A DNA stretch of 64,000 nucleotides, taken from contig JBFOMH010000009.1 of the NCBI GenBank assembly GCA_040830765.1, positions 64,001 through 128,000 of the forward strand, in the 5' to 3' direction. Source of the DNA: Puniceicoccaceae bacterium. GTDB lineage: Bacteria; Verrucomicrobiota; Verrucomicrobiia; Opitutales; Oceanipulchritudinaceae. A model generated the notes under the pieces. The model was not told the origin of the DNA. It saw only the letters and a program-made list of their open reading frames with translations, and searched no databases. This document shows, one piece after another, positions 33,651-43,926 of the stretch. Every line of letters starts with the position of its first letter. Positions within the stretch are counted from its first letter, which is position 1. The translations under genes and the position numbers were made by a program.

Positions 33651-34079
33651 TTAGGCGCTGTAGGGCACCGGGTTTTGTGATTCGTGCGGATGCTCGGCAC
33701 CAGCGTAGATCTTGAGCTTCTTCATCTGGGCCCGGCCAAGACGGTTTCTGGGCATCATGCCCTTGACGGCATGCTCGATGATGAATTCGGGCCGACGCTC
33801 ACGGAAGTCCTTGATGCCCACATACTTCTCGTTGCCAAAGTAACCACTGTAGAACATGTACTTCTTCTGCTCCTCCTTGCGGCCCGTCACCACCACCTTT
33901 TCGGCGTTGGTCACAATGACGAAGTCACCCGTATCGGTGTGGGGAGTGTAAGTCGGGCGGTGCCGACCCCTTAGAATATTCGCGATCTGAACCGCGAGGC
34001 GGCCGAGGACCTGCCCTTCAGCGTCGATCACGTACCACTTGGGTTCTACTTCACCTTGTTTTGCCAGATAGCTTTTCAT
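33651..34079 (-). CDS. rplM: 50S ribosomal protein uL13
   Basis: WYVIDA, LGRLA, YTPHTDTGD, AVKGMMP, HPHESQ. Confidence 0.98.
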   Translation of the reverse strand: MKSYLAKQGEVEPKWYVIDAEGQVLGRLAVQIANILRGRHRPTYTPHTDTGDFVIVTNAEKVVVTGRKEEQKKYMFYSGYFGNEKYVGIKDFRERRPEFIIEHAVKGMMPRNRLGRAQMKKLKIYAGAEHPHESQNPVPYSA

Positions 34080-34097
34080 CGTCCGAAAAAAGGAAGC

Positions 34098-34125
34098 ACC
34101 GTAGATTTCACCCCACCCCTGTCAA
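34098..34125 (-). promoter_or_regulatory. sigma70-type promoter of rplM-rpsI
   Basis: TTGACA-N16-TACGGT on the minus strand. Confidence 0.7.
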
Positions 34126-34137
34126 CTTAATTTGTCG

Positions 34138-34177
34138 GAAAAAGAAAAGGCGCGCTCCCGCGAGGAAGCGCGCCTTT
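34138..34177 (-). terminator. Intrinsic terminator after the porin gene
   Basis: AAAGGCGCGCT-loop-AGCGCGCCTTT preceded by an A run on the plus strand. Confidence 0.85.
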
Positions 34178-34197
34178 GTGGTTAATTTCGAATTGAT

Positions 34198-34881
34198 TTA
34201 GAATCCGGCAGAGAAGCTGATTCCGTAGGCAAGCTCGTTGTCGTCACCACCGAACATGGTGTCTTCCTCAGAACCATACCAGTTGACACCAACGCTAGCC
34301 GAGGCGTTGTCGGTGAAGGCATGGGTCAAGGCAACACCAAGACCGTAGTAGTACCAGTCGAAGCCGTCAGCGTCAACGTAGCCAAGGTAGGCCGAGAAGT
34401 CGACGGTGCCTTCTTCGCTGATTTCGACGGAGTGACCACCGGAAGCTTCAATTGTCAGAGCTTCGAGGTCGAAGTCGTAGAACACGTAAACCGACGGGCT
34501 CAGCGGAGCTTCGAAGCTCACACCACCGTAGATTTCGAACGTGTTGACGGAATCGAAGAACTCGTCACCAGCATCCGGGTAGGTGTAGTAGGTGAAACCG
34601 AAGTCGGCACTCACCGTTTCACTCAGCCCAACACCGTAACCAGCGTAGAAGTCAACTTCGTTGCCGTATACGGCGTCCACCGGAAGGGCGGCCCAGATAC
34701 CGGCATAGAAGTCACCATAGCTGATGTCGATGGAAGGAGCAAAGTACTCCTCAGCCAACTGGACGCCACGGAAGACATAGTCTGACTCCCAGGCAACAGT
34801 CGTGCTGATGGACAACTCCTGCGCGTTTACCAATGAAGTGCCAGCCACAGCGGCTGCCAGAATTGCAATAGTCTTCTTCAT
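34198..34881 (-). CDS. TorF/Gcw_chp-family putative outer-membrane porin
   Basis: Signal peptide MKKTIAILAAAVAG; SDYVFRG, EVDFYAGY, YYTYP; terminal Phe; start moved to ATG 34881. Confidence 0.85.
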   Translation of the reverse strand: MKKTIAILAAAVAGTSLVNAQELSISTTVAWESDYVFRGVQLAEEYFAPSIDISYGDFYAGIWAALPVDAVYGNEVDFYAGYGVGLSETVSADFGFTYYTYPDAGDEFFDSVNTFEIYGGVSFEAPLSPSVYVFYDFDLEALTIEASGGHSVEISEEGTVDFSAYLGYVDADGFDWYYYGLGVALTHAFTDNASASVGVNWYGSEEDTMFGGDDNELAYGISFSAGF

Positions 34882-35121
34882 TTTATTATCTCGTTTTGTA
34901 GTTGTAGTTATTTTATATATAACCAAAGCAATAGAACATGCTTTCGGGAACAATTGTCAATTAAGAAGTTAAAGCGATTTCCGTTCCAATTTTGGCCGAA
35001 TTTTAACTTTTTTTTATATTTCTGCAGCAATTGGATGATCCTTTTCCAGACCGTGTAAAACGGGCCTTTCCAGAGTGAGAAGTGGATTGTCAAGGTAGCC
35101 AATTTGAATCAAGGTGGGAGA

Positions 35122-36114
35122 ATGACAGAAGCACAAGCAATGAGCGGGACCCTGACGGACCAGCTGACGCAATTAAAGCAGTACACAACCGTCGTCGCGG
35201 ACACGGGAGATTTCGGTTCCATCAAGGCCTATGAGCCACAGGATGCGACAACCAATCCCACCTTGATCTACAAGGCCGTCCAGATGGAAGCCTACATGCC
35301 ATTGCTTGAAAAGGCGGCGGAAATGGCGGAGAAGGAAGGCAGTCACGGAACCGTCCTGGTGGAAAGTGTATTGGACCATTTGCTCGTTCTCTTTGGGAAG
35401 GAAATACTCGATATCATCCCGGGTCGCGTTTCCACCGAAGTGGATGCCCGGCTCTCTTTCGATGTTGAGGGGACAATCTCCAAGGCCCGTCACATTATCC
35501 AACTATTCGACAACCAGGGTATCGACCGGGAGCGGGTACTGATCAAGATCGCCTCGACCTGGGAGGGCCTCCAGGCGGCCGGGCAATTGGAGAAGGAGGG
35601 CATCCACTGCAATCTCACCCTGCTCTTCTCGCTCATTCAAGCCATCACGGCGGCGGATAACGACTGCACCCTCATCAGCCCCTTTGTGGGACGCATCCTC
35701 GACTGGTACAAGGCCGAGACCGGAGCGGATTATGCCGCCCACGACGATCCGGGTGTCCAGTCGGTTACCCAGATTTACCACTACCTGAAGCATCATGACA
35801 TGAAGACCGAGGTCATGGGAGCCAGCTTCCGCAACATTGGGGAAATCCAGGCCCTTGCCGGGTGCGACCTGTTGACCATCAGTCCGGACCTTCTCGAAGA
35901 GCTGAAGAATAACCATGAGCCGCTGGAACGGCAATTGTCGGTAGCCCGCGCCAAGGCGGAACCCATCCAGAAGCTGGATGTCGATGAGAAGACCTTCCGC
36001 TGGCACTTGAACGCGGACCCAATGGCCACAGACAAGCTGGCTGAGGGCATACGCAAGTTTGCCGCGGATACGGAGAATCTCATCGAGCTCATCGAACAGG
36101 AAATCATTGATTAA
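35122..36114 (+). CDS. tal: Transaldolase
   Basis: [49 protein letters not shown]; start at 35122 or 35140. Confidence 0.97.
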   Translation: MTEAQAMSGTLTDQLTQLKQYTTVVADTGDFGSIKAYEPQDATTNPTLIYKAVQMEAYMPLLEKAAEMAEKEGSHGTVLVESVLDHLLVLFGKEILDIIPGRVSTEVDARLSFDVEGTISKARHIIQLFDNQGIDRERVLIKIASTWEGLQAAGQLEKEGIHCNLTLLFSLIQAITAADNDCTLISPFVGRILDWYKAETGADYAAHDDPGVQSVTQIYHYLKHHDMKTEVMGASFRNIGEIQALAGCDLLTISPDLLEELKNNHEPLERQLSVARAKAEPIQKLDVDEKTFRWHLNADPMATDKLAEGIRKFAADTENLIELIEQEIID

Positions 36115-36128
36115 TCCGGTCGCCCAAA

Positions 36129-36431
36129 ATGATCATCCATCTGGTCTTTTTTAACATGCTCCCCGAGGCAGAGGGGGCTTCCGGTGAGGAAAATGCACAA
36201 AAACTGGTCACCCAGTTGCGGGAGTTACCTGCAAAGATTCCGGAGATTGTAGAATTGGAGGCAGGATTGGACTTCAGCCGCACTCCCGCCTCCTATGAAG
36301 TGGGCCTGCTGACCAAATTCGCTTCAAAAGCGGATTTGGAAACTTACCGGGTCCATCCTGAGCACCAGAAGGTGGTGGCATTTGTCCAGGCAACAACAGC
36401 CAGCCGGGCGGTCACGGATTACGAGATTTAA
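36129..36431 (+). CDS. Dabb (stress-responsive alpha/beta barrel) protein
   Basis: MIIHLVFF, L..IP.I, F.S..DL..YRVHPEHQ, terminal DY. Confidence 0.88.
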   Translation: MIIHLVFFNMLPEAEGASGEENAQKLVTQLRELPAKIPEIVELEAGLDFSRTPASYEVGLLTKFASKADLETYRVHPEHQKVVAFVQATTASRAVTDYEI

Positions 36432-38404
36432 CGCGTTTTCTCGATCAGGAAAATGTGGGCTGGACCGCGCCGCGGGTCCAGCTGGACAAAATTACGTGCG
36501 CCACGCCAGGTGAACTCCGGTTTTGCCGGATCGTAAAGGTCCTTTACGGCAAAGGCCCGGTCCGACCCGATACCCATGTCCTGCAATGGGAGCAGCACAT
36601 GCCCGGACTGGGAGTTGTGCCAGTCGAAATTGACGACCACGAGGATCTGGTCCGAACGGTCTGGAGTCTGCTTAAGGTAGGCCAGAATCCGGTCGTTGTC
36701 CGTTTCCACGAAGCGGATGTTGTTCGTCCGCTGCAGGGAAGGATGCGTCCGACGCAGGTGATTCACACGGGCAATGTCATTCTTGAGGTTGCCCGGCCGG
36801 TCCCAGTCCCAGTTCTTCAGCTCGTACTTCTCGTTGTGATTGTACTCCTCCTTGCCCGGAAACGGCTCATGTTCCATCAACTCAAAGGCTGGTCCGTAAA
36901 TCCCCGTGTTGGATGTCAGGGTGGCAGCGAGAATATAACGGGCCATGAAGGTAGCCCGGTTGCCACGCTGCAGGTCCTCGTGAAGGATATCCGGGGTGTT
37001 GGGCCAGAAATTGGGAATGAAGAATTCCTTAACCTCGGTCTGTGTCAGTTCCTCCAGGTAGGAACGGATCTCCAGGGGATGGTTGCGCCAGGTAAAATAG
37101 GTATATCCCTGGGTGAATCCGGCCTTGGCCAGCCGGTACTTGCGCTTCGGGCGGGTAAAGGCCTCCGCAAGGAAGAGGACCTCCGGGTGCTCCTTTTTCA
37201 ACTCCATGATGCACCAGCGCCAGAATTCCATCGGCTTGGTGTGCGGGTTATCCACCCGGAATATCTTTACCCCGGCATCAATCCAGAAATCGAAAACGCT
37301 TTTCAGCTCAATCCACAGCGCCTTCCAGTCATCGGTCTCGAAGTCAAAGGGAAGAATGTCCTGATACTTTTTGGGCGGGTTCTCGGCATATTGAACCGTT
37401 CCATCCGGGCGCCATTTGAACCATTGGGGATGCTCCTTCACATAGGGATGGTCCGGTGCACATTGGAAGGCGATGTCCATCGCAACCTCCAGACCAAATT
37501 TGTTGGCTTCCTGGAGGAGCTCCTTGAAGTCATCCATGGTGCCCAGTTCCGGGTGGATGGACTTGTGTCCGCCCTCCTCTGCTCCAATGGCCCATGGGCT
37601 CCCGACATCCCCATCAGCGGCCTCAAGTGCATTGTTGCGGCCTTTGCGGAAAACACGGCCAATCGGATGGATCGGCGGGAAATAGACGATGTCGAATCCC
37701 ATCCGGGCTATTTCGGGAAAGCGGCTACAGGCATCCTTGAATGTTCCGTGCCGGGTAACATCATCAGCGCAGGACCGGGGAAAAAACTCATACCAGGTAC
37801 TGAAATAGGCCTTTTCGCGCTCTACGATGAGTTGATATACGGGGCTGCTGGTCTCACGGGAACGATCGGGACAGGCCCGGACGCCATTGAAAAACGCATC
37901 ACTACGGGCCAGTGACACCTTCTGCAACAGGTCCCGGGAATGGTCGCTGAGGAAGGCCGCCCATTCCTTGAGCTGCTTGGCCTGCTTTCCCTTTGCCCGA
38001 GCAGCAGTCTCTTCGACCAGTTTGGCCCCGATATCCAATTCCACGCCAATCTTGGAATCACCACTGTCGGATTTCTTAATGAACCCGATATGCCAGTTGC
38101 GGAAGGGATCCGCCCAACCAATAACCTTGTACTCGTAGAGTCCAATCGCTTCCGGGATAATGGAACCCGCGAATTCATCATTTCCGATATCCTGCAGGGA
38201 AATCTCTTGCCATTTGCGCGACCCCACCGGCCGGAAAGCCAGGACAACGTCCAGATGGTCATGACCATCCGCAATGACGTGGGCAACAACACCCAGTGAT
38301 TCGCCCAACGGCCGCTTGACTGGGAACTGGCCATCCCCAAGGGATGGTGTGACATGGTCGACCACAACACGGGCGGGTCCGGAAAAACGATCAAGTGATT
38401 TCAT
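36428..38404 (-). CDS. glgE: Alpha-1,4-glucan:maltose-1-phosphate maltosyltransferase (GH13_3)
   Basis: ADGHD, WYEFFPRS, PPIHPIG, RKGRNN, GSPWAIG, AENPPKKYQDI, FRVDNPHTKP, LAEAFT, NTPDIL; start moved to 38404. Confidence 0.96.
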   Translation of the reverse strand: MKSLDRFSGPARVVVDHVTPSLGDGQFPVKRPLGESLGVVAHVIADGHDHLDVVLAFRPVGSRKWQEISLQDIGNDEFAGSIIPEAIGLYEYKVIGWADPFRNWHIGFIKKSDSGDSKIGVELDIGAKLVEETAARAKGKQAKQLKEWAAFLSDHSRDLLQKVSLARSDAFFNGVRACPDRSRETSSPVYQLIVEREKAYFSTWYEFFPRSCADDVTRHGTFKDACSRFPEIARMGFDIVYFPPIHPIGRVFRKGRNNALEAADGDVGSPWAIGAEEGGHKSIHPELGTMDDFKELLQEANKFGLEVAMDIAFQCAPDHPYVKEHPQWFKWRPDGTVQYAENPPKKYQDILPFDFETDDWKALWIELKSVFDFWIDAGVKIFRVDNPHTKPMEFWRWCIMELKKEHPEVLFLAEAFTRPKRKYRLAKAGFTQGYTYFTWRNHPLEIRSYLEELTQTEVKEFFIPNFWPNTPDILHEDLQRGNRATFMARYILAATLTSNTGIYGPAFELMEHEPFPGKEEYNHNEKYELKNWDWDRPGNLKNDIARVNHLRRTHPSLQRTNNIRFVETDNDRILAYLKQTPDRSDQILVVVNFDWHNSQSGHVLLPLQDMGIGSDRAFAVKDLYDPAKPEFTWRGARNFVQLDPRRGPAHIFLIEKTR

Positions 38405-38435
38405 GGATATTACTCTCCCTGGAAAAGAGAACGGT

Positions 38436-39638
38436 TTAATCAACAAGCGAAGCGTACAAGTCAGCGGTCTGGCGGGCAATATTGGCCCAACTGAAGGTGT
38501 CGACAGCGCGCTCCCGGCCAGCCTTGCCAAATGCCACCATGTTATCCGGTCGGGACATCAACCGGTTGATCTGGCGAGCCAGATCCTTGGAAAAGTGTTC
38601 CGGCTCCAATGGGGTGAATGGAGACTCATGCAGTTGAGCCACCGGAACCAGATATCCCGTGCGGTCATGGACGACCACCTCCGGAATCCCGCCAACCGAT
38701 GAAGCGACGACCGGGGTTTCACAGGCCATCGCCTCAAGGTTGATTATCCCAAACGGCTCGTAGATTGACGGACAGCAGAAGACCGAGGCCCCCGAATAAA
38801 GTTGGATGACCGTCTTCTTGTCGACCATCTCGTCGATCCAGAAAATCCCCTCGCGGTCCTTGCTCGCCTCAGCAACGGCCTGTTTCATCTCGGCAGCAAT
38901 CTCCGGGGTGTCCGGAGCACCGGCACAGAGCACAATCTGGAAGCCCGGATCCATGTGCCTGATGGCATTGACCAGATAGATGATCCCTTTCTGCCGTGTT
39001 ATGCGACCGACAAAAAGAACAAAAGGTTTTTGCGGATCAATCCCGTACTTTTCCAGTGCAGGAGCGGCGTCCACTTTCTGGTACTCGACCGGATCAATTC
39101 CATTGTAAATGATGTGGACCTTCTCCGGATCGACGTTGAACAGTTTCAGGACATCATTGCGGGTTCCTTCAGAAACAGCGATGACCGCATCTGCCATCTC
39201 AATGGCGGTTTTCTCCACCCAGCAACTAAAGTCGTAGCCTCCGCCAAGCTGTTCCCGCTTCCAAGGACGCAAGGGTTCCAGTGAGTGGACAGTTATAACC
39301 AGGGGGATTCCGTAGTTCAGTTTGGCAAAGATACCTCCCAGGTGCGTGTACCAGGTGTGGCAATGAACGAGGTCCGCATCGATATTGCGGGTATTGAAGT
39401 TCAAGCTGCGTTGGGCGGCCCCAAATACACTGGCCAGGCCCTTGGGGCAGGTATAGCCGGTGTTGTCGATTTCCGTGCCGAATACCGAAAGGTCAGGGTC
39501 CGTGACCGACTGATCACCGAAGGCCCGGACCTCGACTGGATGTAATCGGCTCAGCTCGCGGCTGAGGTATTCAACATGGACACCCGCTCCACCATAGGTG
39601 TAGGGCGGATATTCGTTAGTCAGTAGAAGCGCTTTCAT
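38436..39638 (-). CDS. glgM: GT4 alpha-maltose-1-phosphate synthase (actinobacterial-type GlgA/GlgM)
   Basis: [61 protein letters not shown]. Confidence 0.9.
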   Translation of the reverse strand: MKALLLTNEYPPYTYGGAGVHVEYLSRELSRLHPVEVRAFGDQSVTDPDLSVFGTEIDNTGYTCPKGLASVFGAAQRSLNFNTRNIDADLVHCHTWYTHLGGIFAKLNYGIPLVITVHSLEPLRPWKREQLGGGYDFSCWVEKTAIEMADAVIAVSEGTRNDVLKLFNVDPEKVHIIYNGIDPVEYQKVDAAPALEKYGIDPQKPFVLFVGRITRQKGIIYLVNAIRHMDPGFQIVLCAGAPDTPEIAAEMKQAVAEASKDREGIFWIDEMVDKKTVIQLYSGASVFCCPSIYEPFGIINLEAMACETPVVASSVGGIPEVVVHDRTGYLVPVAQLHESPFTPLEPEHFSKDLARQINRLMSRPDNMVAFGKAGRERAVDTFSWANIARQTADLYASLVD

Positions 39639-40641
39639 TCAATTCCTCCTCCGGAAGTTCATATTCAAGACGGATGCTGAAAATCTTAACCAGCAACAAA
39701 AGGCAGATGACTGTGAGTCCGAGAACCACCCAACCGGTAAAGTCGTGGATATTGCCGAGGTCCATACCAAAAATGACCACATGGTCATTGAGCCCCTCCG
39801 GTCCGTGCCCATAAGCCCATGCCGTCAGGAACAGGCTGCGGAAAATGTTGTTGATGAAGGCAAACAGCATGGCCGTTCCGACCAGAAAGACCTTCTTCCA
39901 AAATTGGGCAAAGTAGACCGAGCCCAGAAACGAACCAGCAAACAGGCAGGCGGTCAGTGAGCGGATACCCGAGCAGGCATCCTCCACTCCCACATCCCCG
40001 AGCGGGAGCTTAAGGACACTTCCCTCCCGAACCACCGCATATCCCAAAAGGTCGAAGGAATGGTAAACCACAATAGCCACCTTGTTCATCAGGAAGGTGC
40101 TGATGGTCTTGTGGACCGCATTGAACATAGGAACTGAAAGCATCCAGATGAGAGCGGGAAACAGGAATAGCATCGCCAGGTGCCAACGCTCCGGGAGCCC
40201 AATCGTCTCACCACCGGCCCGTCGGCCAGAATACAGGTAAGCTCCCCCGAGCAGGATGTTGGCATACCCAAAAGCCAGAAAATTGGAGGCGATCAGGTTC
40301 TGTCCTTCCATGGCCCGGTAGAGCACGCCCAGCAGAAAGGACAACAGCCCTCCCAGAACCATCAACAGCGAAATGGCCTGCAGGCCGCGGTCGACCAGAA
40401 TCAGGGAGCCCTTGGAGGCTCCGTCCTTCGGAGAGCTATCTTCCTCCCCGATCAATCCCCCGGCGATGAGAGGCCAGCGCTCATAAAGGATATAGGCCAC
40501 GAAAAGGGGAACAATAAAGCCGAATGCATACTCATCCCGCAATTTCCACCAGTGGTGCTGGTCCCAGATGAGGAAGAGGGATAATCCAGCGAGGGCGTAG
40601 GCTGCCCATTGCGTGGAAACTGGTAACGAACGGAAATTCAT
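39616..40641 (-). CDS. Exosortase/archaeosortase-family protein
   Basis: About 8 TM segments; triad [10 protein letters not shown] (Cys), NIFR (Arg), IHDFTG (His); start moved to 40641. Confidence 0.92.
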   Translation of the reverse strand: MNFRSLPVSTQWAAYALAGLSLFLIWDQHHWWKLRDEYAFGFIVPLFVAYILYERWPLIAGGLIGEEDSSPKDGASKGSLILVDRGLQAISLLMVLGGLLSFLLGVLYRAMEGQNLIASNFLAFGYANILLGGAYLYSGRRAGGETIGLPERWHLAMLFLFPALIWMLSVPMFNAVHKTISTFLMNKVAIVVYHSFDLLGYAVVREGSVLKLPLGDVGVEDACSGIRSLTACLFAGSFLGSVYFAQFWKKVFLVGTAMLFAFINNIFRSLFLTAWAYGHGPEGLNDHVVIFGMDLGNIHDFTGWVVLGLTVICLLLLVKIFSIRLEYELPEEELNESASTD

Positions 40642-40785
40642 AGGGTAAAAACTTGGCGAACTTGGCAAATGCCGCAACTGAACTCAAGAAAGAATACCAT
40701 GCCGGCGATGGCCTTTACGTTGAGTCTTCCCGGATCGGTTTTTTTTCTTGCCATGCCTGATTTATGTGCCTTCTTTCGACCGCTT

Positions 40786-40974
40786 ATGACAACTGAGGAA
40801 CAACGCCACAAGAACCCTCTTGAGCTGACGCACACGGATGTGGAAATCCTTTCCCGGTTCGTGACGGACACCGGTAAAATCCTGCCGCGCCGCATCACCG
40901 GGCTGACTGCCCGGCAGCAACGCCACATCACCAAGGTAATTAAGCAGGCCCGCAACCTCCTTCTCATGAAGTAA
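40786..40974 (+). CDS. rpsR: 30S ribosomal protein bS18
   Basis: [35 protein letters not shown]; 62 aa from ATG 40786. Confidence 0.95.
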   Translation: MTTEEQRHKNPLELTHTDVEILSRFVTDTGKILPRRITGLTARQQRHITKVIKQARNLLLMK

Positions 40975-41002
40975 GGTGCTCCTGCGCTAACCGGTGGTTT
41001 CC

Positions 41003-42037
41003 ATGCCACTCAACAGTACAGATTTTTACAAGAAGGCTCCCCCGGAAAAGGGAGCCTCTTCTTTTATCTACCCGCCAACCCCCGGCAACATCGCTTTTTT
41101 TGTAGAAGCCCTTCAAGCCGGCTGCGTTGTGGCCATCCCAACGGAAACCGTGTACGGCCTCTCGGGCCTGGCGCTTGATGAGAAGGCCTGTCACTCCATA
41201 TTCTCAATCAAGGGACGCCCCTTGGTCGATCCCCTCATTGTCCATGTCAACAACCCGGAAATGGCTGCACAACTGGCTGAATTGCCGCCGGCCTTTACAG
41301 CTCTGGCGGAAGCCTTCTGGCCCGGTCCGCTGACCCTCATTCTCAAGAAACGTCCGATTGTTCCAGACTTGGTCACGGCTGGTAAGCCGACAGTCGCCAT
41401 CCGCATGCCCCGGCATCCCGTCGCCTTGGAACTTCTCCAAGGCCTCCAGGCTCCCCTGGCCGCCCCTAGTGCCAATCCGTTCGGCTACGTATCACCTGTG
41501 AGAGCAGAACATGTGGCGGACTCCTTTGGAGAAACGGTTCCTTTCATTCTCGACGGCGGTCCCTGCGACATTGGGTTGGAGTCGACAATCCTCGACCTGA
41601 CCGATGACAGCGCGCCTAAAGTGCTCCGCCCCGGAGCGGTTTCACCTGACCAGATCAGCAAGGTTCTGGGAAAGCCCGTGCCCTTGCTGAATGTGAATCT
41701 GCATCACGAGGACTCGGCAACGGCACCCGGCACCTTCAGCCGCCACTACAGCCCGGATAAAGAACTCCTGCTCTTTGAGGAGGGCTCAAATCCCTCCCCC
41801 AGCCCGGATGATGCCCTAGTCTATTTGCAGCGGCCCACAGGCGACAGCCCAAGTAGCGTCTTCTGGCTCTCTGAGAAGGGAGACGCGGAATCAGTCGCCC
41901 AGTCGCTCTTCAGCCTGCTGCGGCAATTGGACCGGCAGGACTTCAGCCGTATCCTCTGGGAACTGCCTGCAGCTACCAGAAGCGGCCTTTGGCTGGCTAT
42001 CCGCGACCGCATGAAGCGGGCCGCCGCCAACAAATAA
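41003..42037 (+). CDS. tsaC: L-threonylcarbamoyladenylate synthase, Sua5 type
   Basis: PTETVYGL, KGRP..DPLIVH, FWPGPLT, APSAN, ESTI; linker APG..RHYSP plus SUA5 domain. Confidence 0.94.
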   Translation: MPLNSTDFYKKAPPEKGASSFIYPPTPGNIAFFVEALQAGCVVAIPTETVYGLSGLALDEKACHSIFSIKGRPLVDPLIVHVNNPEMAAQLAELPPAFTALAEAFWPGPLTLILKKRPIVPDLVTAGKPTVAIRMPRHPVALELLQGLQAPLAAPSANPFGYVSPVRAEHVADSFGETVPFILDGGPCDIGLESTILDLTDDSAPKVLRPGAVSPDQISKVLGKPVPLLNVNLHHEDSATAPGTFSRHYSPDKELLLFEEGSNPSPSPDDALVYLQRPTGDSPSSVFWLSEKGDAESVAQSLFSLLRQLDRQDFSRILWELPAATRSGLWLAIRDRMKRAAANK

Positions 42038-42066
42038 AACGGGCGGCTCCCGGAGAAGCCGCCCGT
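42036..42066 (-). terminator. Terminator hairpin between convergent tsaC and secretin genes
   Basis: ACGGGCGGCT-cccggaga-AGCCGCCCGT preceded by an A run. Confidence 0.8.
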
Positions 42067-42135
42067 GTGAAAGGCCAGTATTAATGATGGCTGATTAGCC
42101 AGGACCTGTGTCGCTTGGAACTGAGTTCCGTGCGC

Positions 42136-43866
42136 TTACTGGTCTTCGGCCTGTGCCTCAATATTCCATTCAGTCCGTTGCTTCAGGGAATCCAGCAACT
42201 GCAGCTCCTCACGGAGTTCCAGTTCCTTCATCAGGGCCTCGGCATCTTCGCGCGACTTCATGACCTCGTCCGTCAGAGCTCTCTGTGCTTCAGACGGTTC
42301 ATAGCCAGGAACATCGCTCGGGCTGACACCCATTTCATGCAACTTGCTGTTGGAGAAAACGTCCTCGTAGGTCGCACCACTGGCGCTGAGAATCTTCGCC
42401 GTGATGAAGACAATCAGATTCCGGCGATCCGTGGAGTTGTTCTCGCTGCTGAAGAGACGTCCGAGGTACGGGATGTCTCCAAGGACAGGTACCTTCGATT
42501 CGCCCTGGCCGGTGACCTTCTCAATGAGACCGCCAATGGCCAGCGTGTATCCGCTCTTGATAGTCACTGTGCTCAGCGTCTTGCGAGTGGTGATAATCGG
42601 AATCGTTGCTCCGGAAGCTCCACCGAACTGGACTTCACCGGTCCGGCTGCTGATTTCCGGTTCAATGTTCAGGTTAATGAATCCAGCACTGTTGATCTGC
42701 GGAGTCACCTGCATGTTGATACCGATGTTCTTGTATTCAAAGTTGCTCACTTCAAACGTGCCCCGCTCGTCATTGTAGGTGTAGGCCGGAATCGGGTATT
42801 CCTCACCAATGTTGATGCGGGCCGGTGAATTGTTCATTGTGACAACGGTCGGATTGGACACCAGCTCGATATCCGTATTCGACTCGAGGGCACTGAGGAC
42901 AACACGGAAGGAATCCGTGGAGAAAACAGCACTGTCAAAACGCTCGATGCCGTTGATGGGCTCAACGTAGGTAAGCGGATACTGCTCGTTTGTTACCTGA
43001 TCGGTAACCAACTGGGTCTCCGTGTCATATCCCCGGTTACGGGTGTAGACCCGCTGCGGCGAGTTCATGGCAACGCCCCATCCTTCGAGGGACTGCCAGT
43101 CGATGCCAAGGTTTTCACCTTCACGACCCGTGATCTCGACAAATTTCGATTCAATCATGACCTGCTCGGTCGGACGGTCCAGGGTCTCGATGATTTCCTG
43201 GATGTCGTTCATGCGGCTTGGGCGCTCGGTAATGACAAGCGCGTTGCTCCGGACATCAACCTGAATCTTGCCCCCACTGGCGGCATCGACGAGCGGCTCG
43301 ATGGAAGAGCGAATCTCGGCAGCCTTGGCAAAGTCCACGATGAAGACCCGGGTATCAACTGGCTCGACTGCCAATTCATCACGGCTCTTGATCTTGATGA
43401 TGTTGCCATCAACAATGTAGGTGTAATTCAGCGGCTCCAGAACGACGTCAAAGACCTGTGTCCAGGTAACTTCGCGCAGCTTGATGCTGACGCTACCGGC
43501 AAGGCTGTCGGGAATGACAACATTGAGTTCATAGAGCTCAGCAACACTGCGGATAATGTCCCGGACATCTTCTTCCGGGAAGTCCACGGAAATTGTCTCC
43601 GAATCCATGGCAACTGCCGTGGCTTCATCGTCGCTACCGGGCAGATCGAGGAATACCTCGTCGCTGGGAACTTCGAAGACAGGTTCTTCAGGCAGTTCGG
43701 GTTCGTCAACGGCATCCATGACTTCCGCCTGACTGGCTTGAGATTCGGCATCGGCAGATGCTATCGCCTCTTCAGCACGGTCAAGGGCTGCCATCTGTGC
43801 CTCTTGGGCGGTCAATGGTGCTACCAGCAGAACTGACAGCAATGGGATGAGTATTTGGCCTTTCAT
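42136..43866 (-). CDS. Secretin (PilQ/GspD family)
   Basis: Signal peptide; STN-like and N3 domains (DVRSNALVITE); QVMIESKFVE, LGIDW, GINMQVTPQI, KVPVLGDIPYLGRLF, LIVFIT. Confidence 0.93.
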   Translation of the reverse strand: MKGQILIPLLSVLLVAPLTAQEAQMAALDRAEEAIASADAESQASQAEVMDAVDEPELPEEPVFEVPSDEVFLDLPGSDDEATAVAMDSETISVDFPEEDVRDIIRSVAELYELNVVIPDSLAGSVSIKLREVTWTQVFDVVLEPLNYTYIVDGNIIKIKSRDELAVEPVDTRVFIVDFAKAAEIRSSIEPLVDAASGGKIQVDVRSNALVITERPSRMNDIQEIIETLDRPTEQVMIESKFVEITGREGENLGIDWQSLEGWGVAMNSPQRVYTRNRGYDTETQLVTDQVTNEQYPLTYVEPINGIERFDSAVFSTDSFRVVLSALESNTDIELVSNPTVVTMNNSPARINIGEEYPIPAYTYNDERGTFEVSNFEYKNIGINMQVTPQINSAGFINLNIEPEISSRTGEVQFGGASGATIPIITTRKTLSTVTIKSGYTLAIGGLIEKVTGQGESKVPVLGDIPYLGRLFSSENNSTDRRNLIVFITAKILSASGATYEDVFSNSKLHEMGVSPSDVPGYEPSEAQRALTDEVMKSREDAEALMKELELREELQLLDSLKQRTEWNIEAQAEDQ

Positions 43867-43926
43867 TGGTGATCCTTTCGTAAGGTACTCTCGTTTGAGT
43901 GAAGGTTGTTTGTTAGTTGTTAAGCG

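Noticed and set aside
36455..37915. 486-aa plus-strand ORF
   Set aside because: Antisense shadow of glgE
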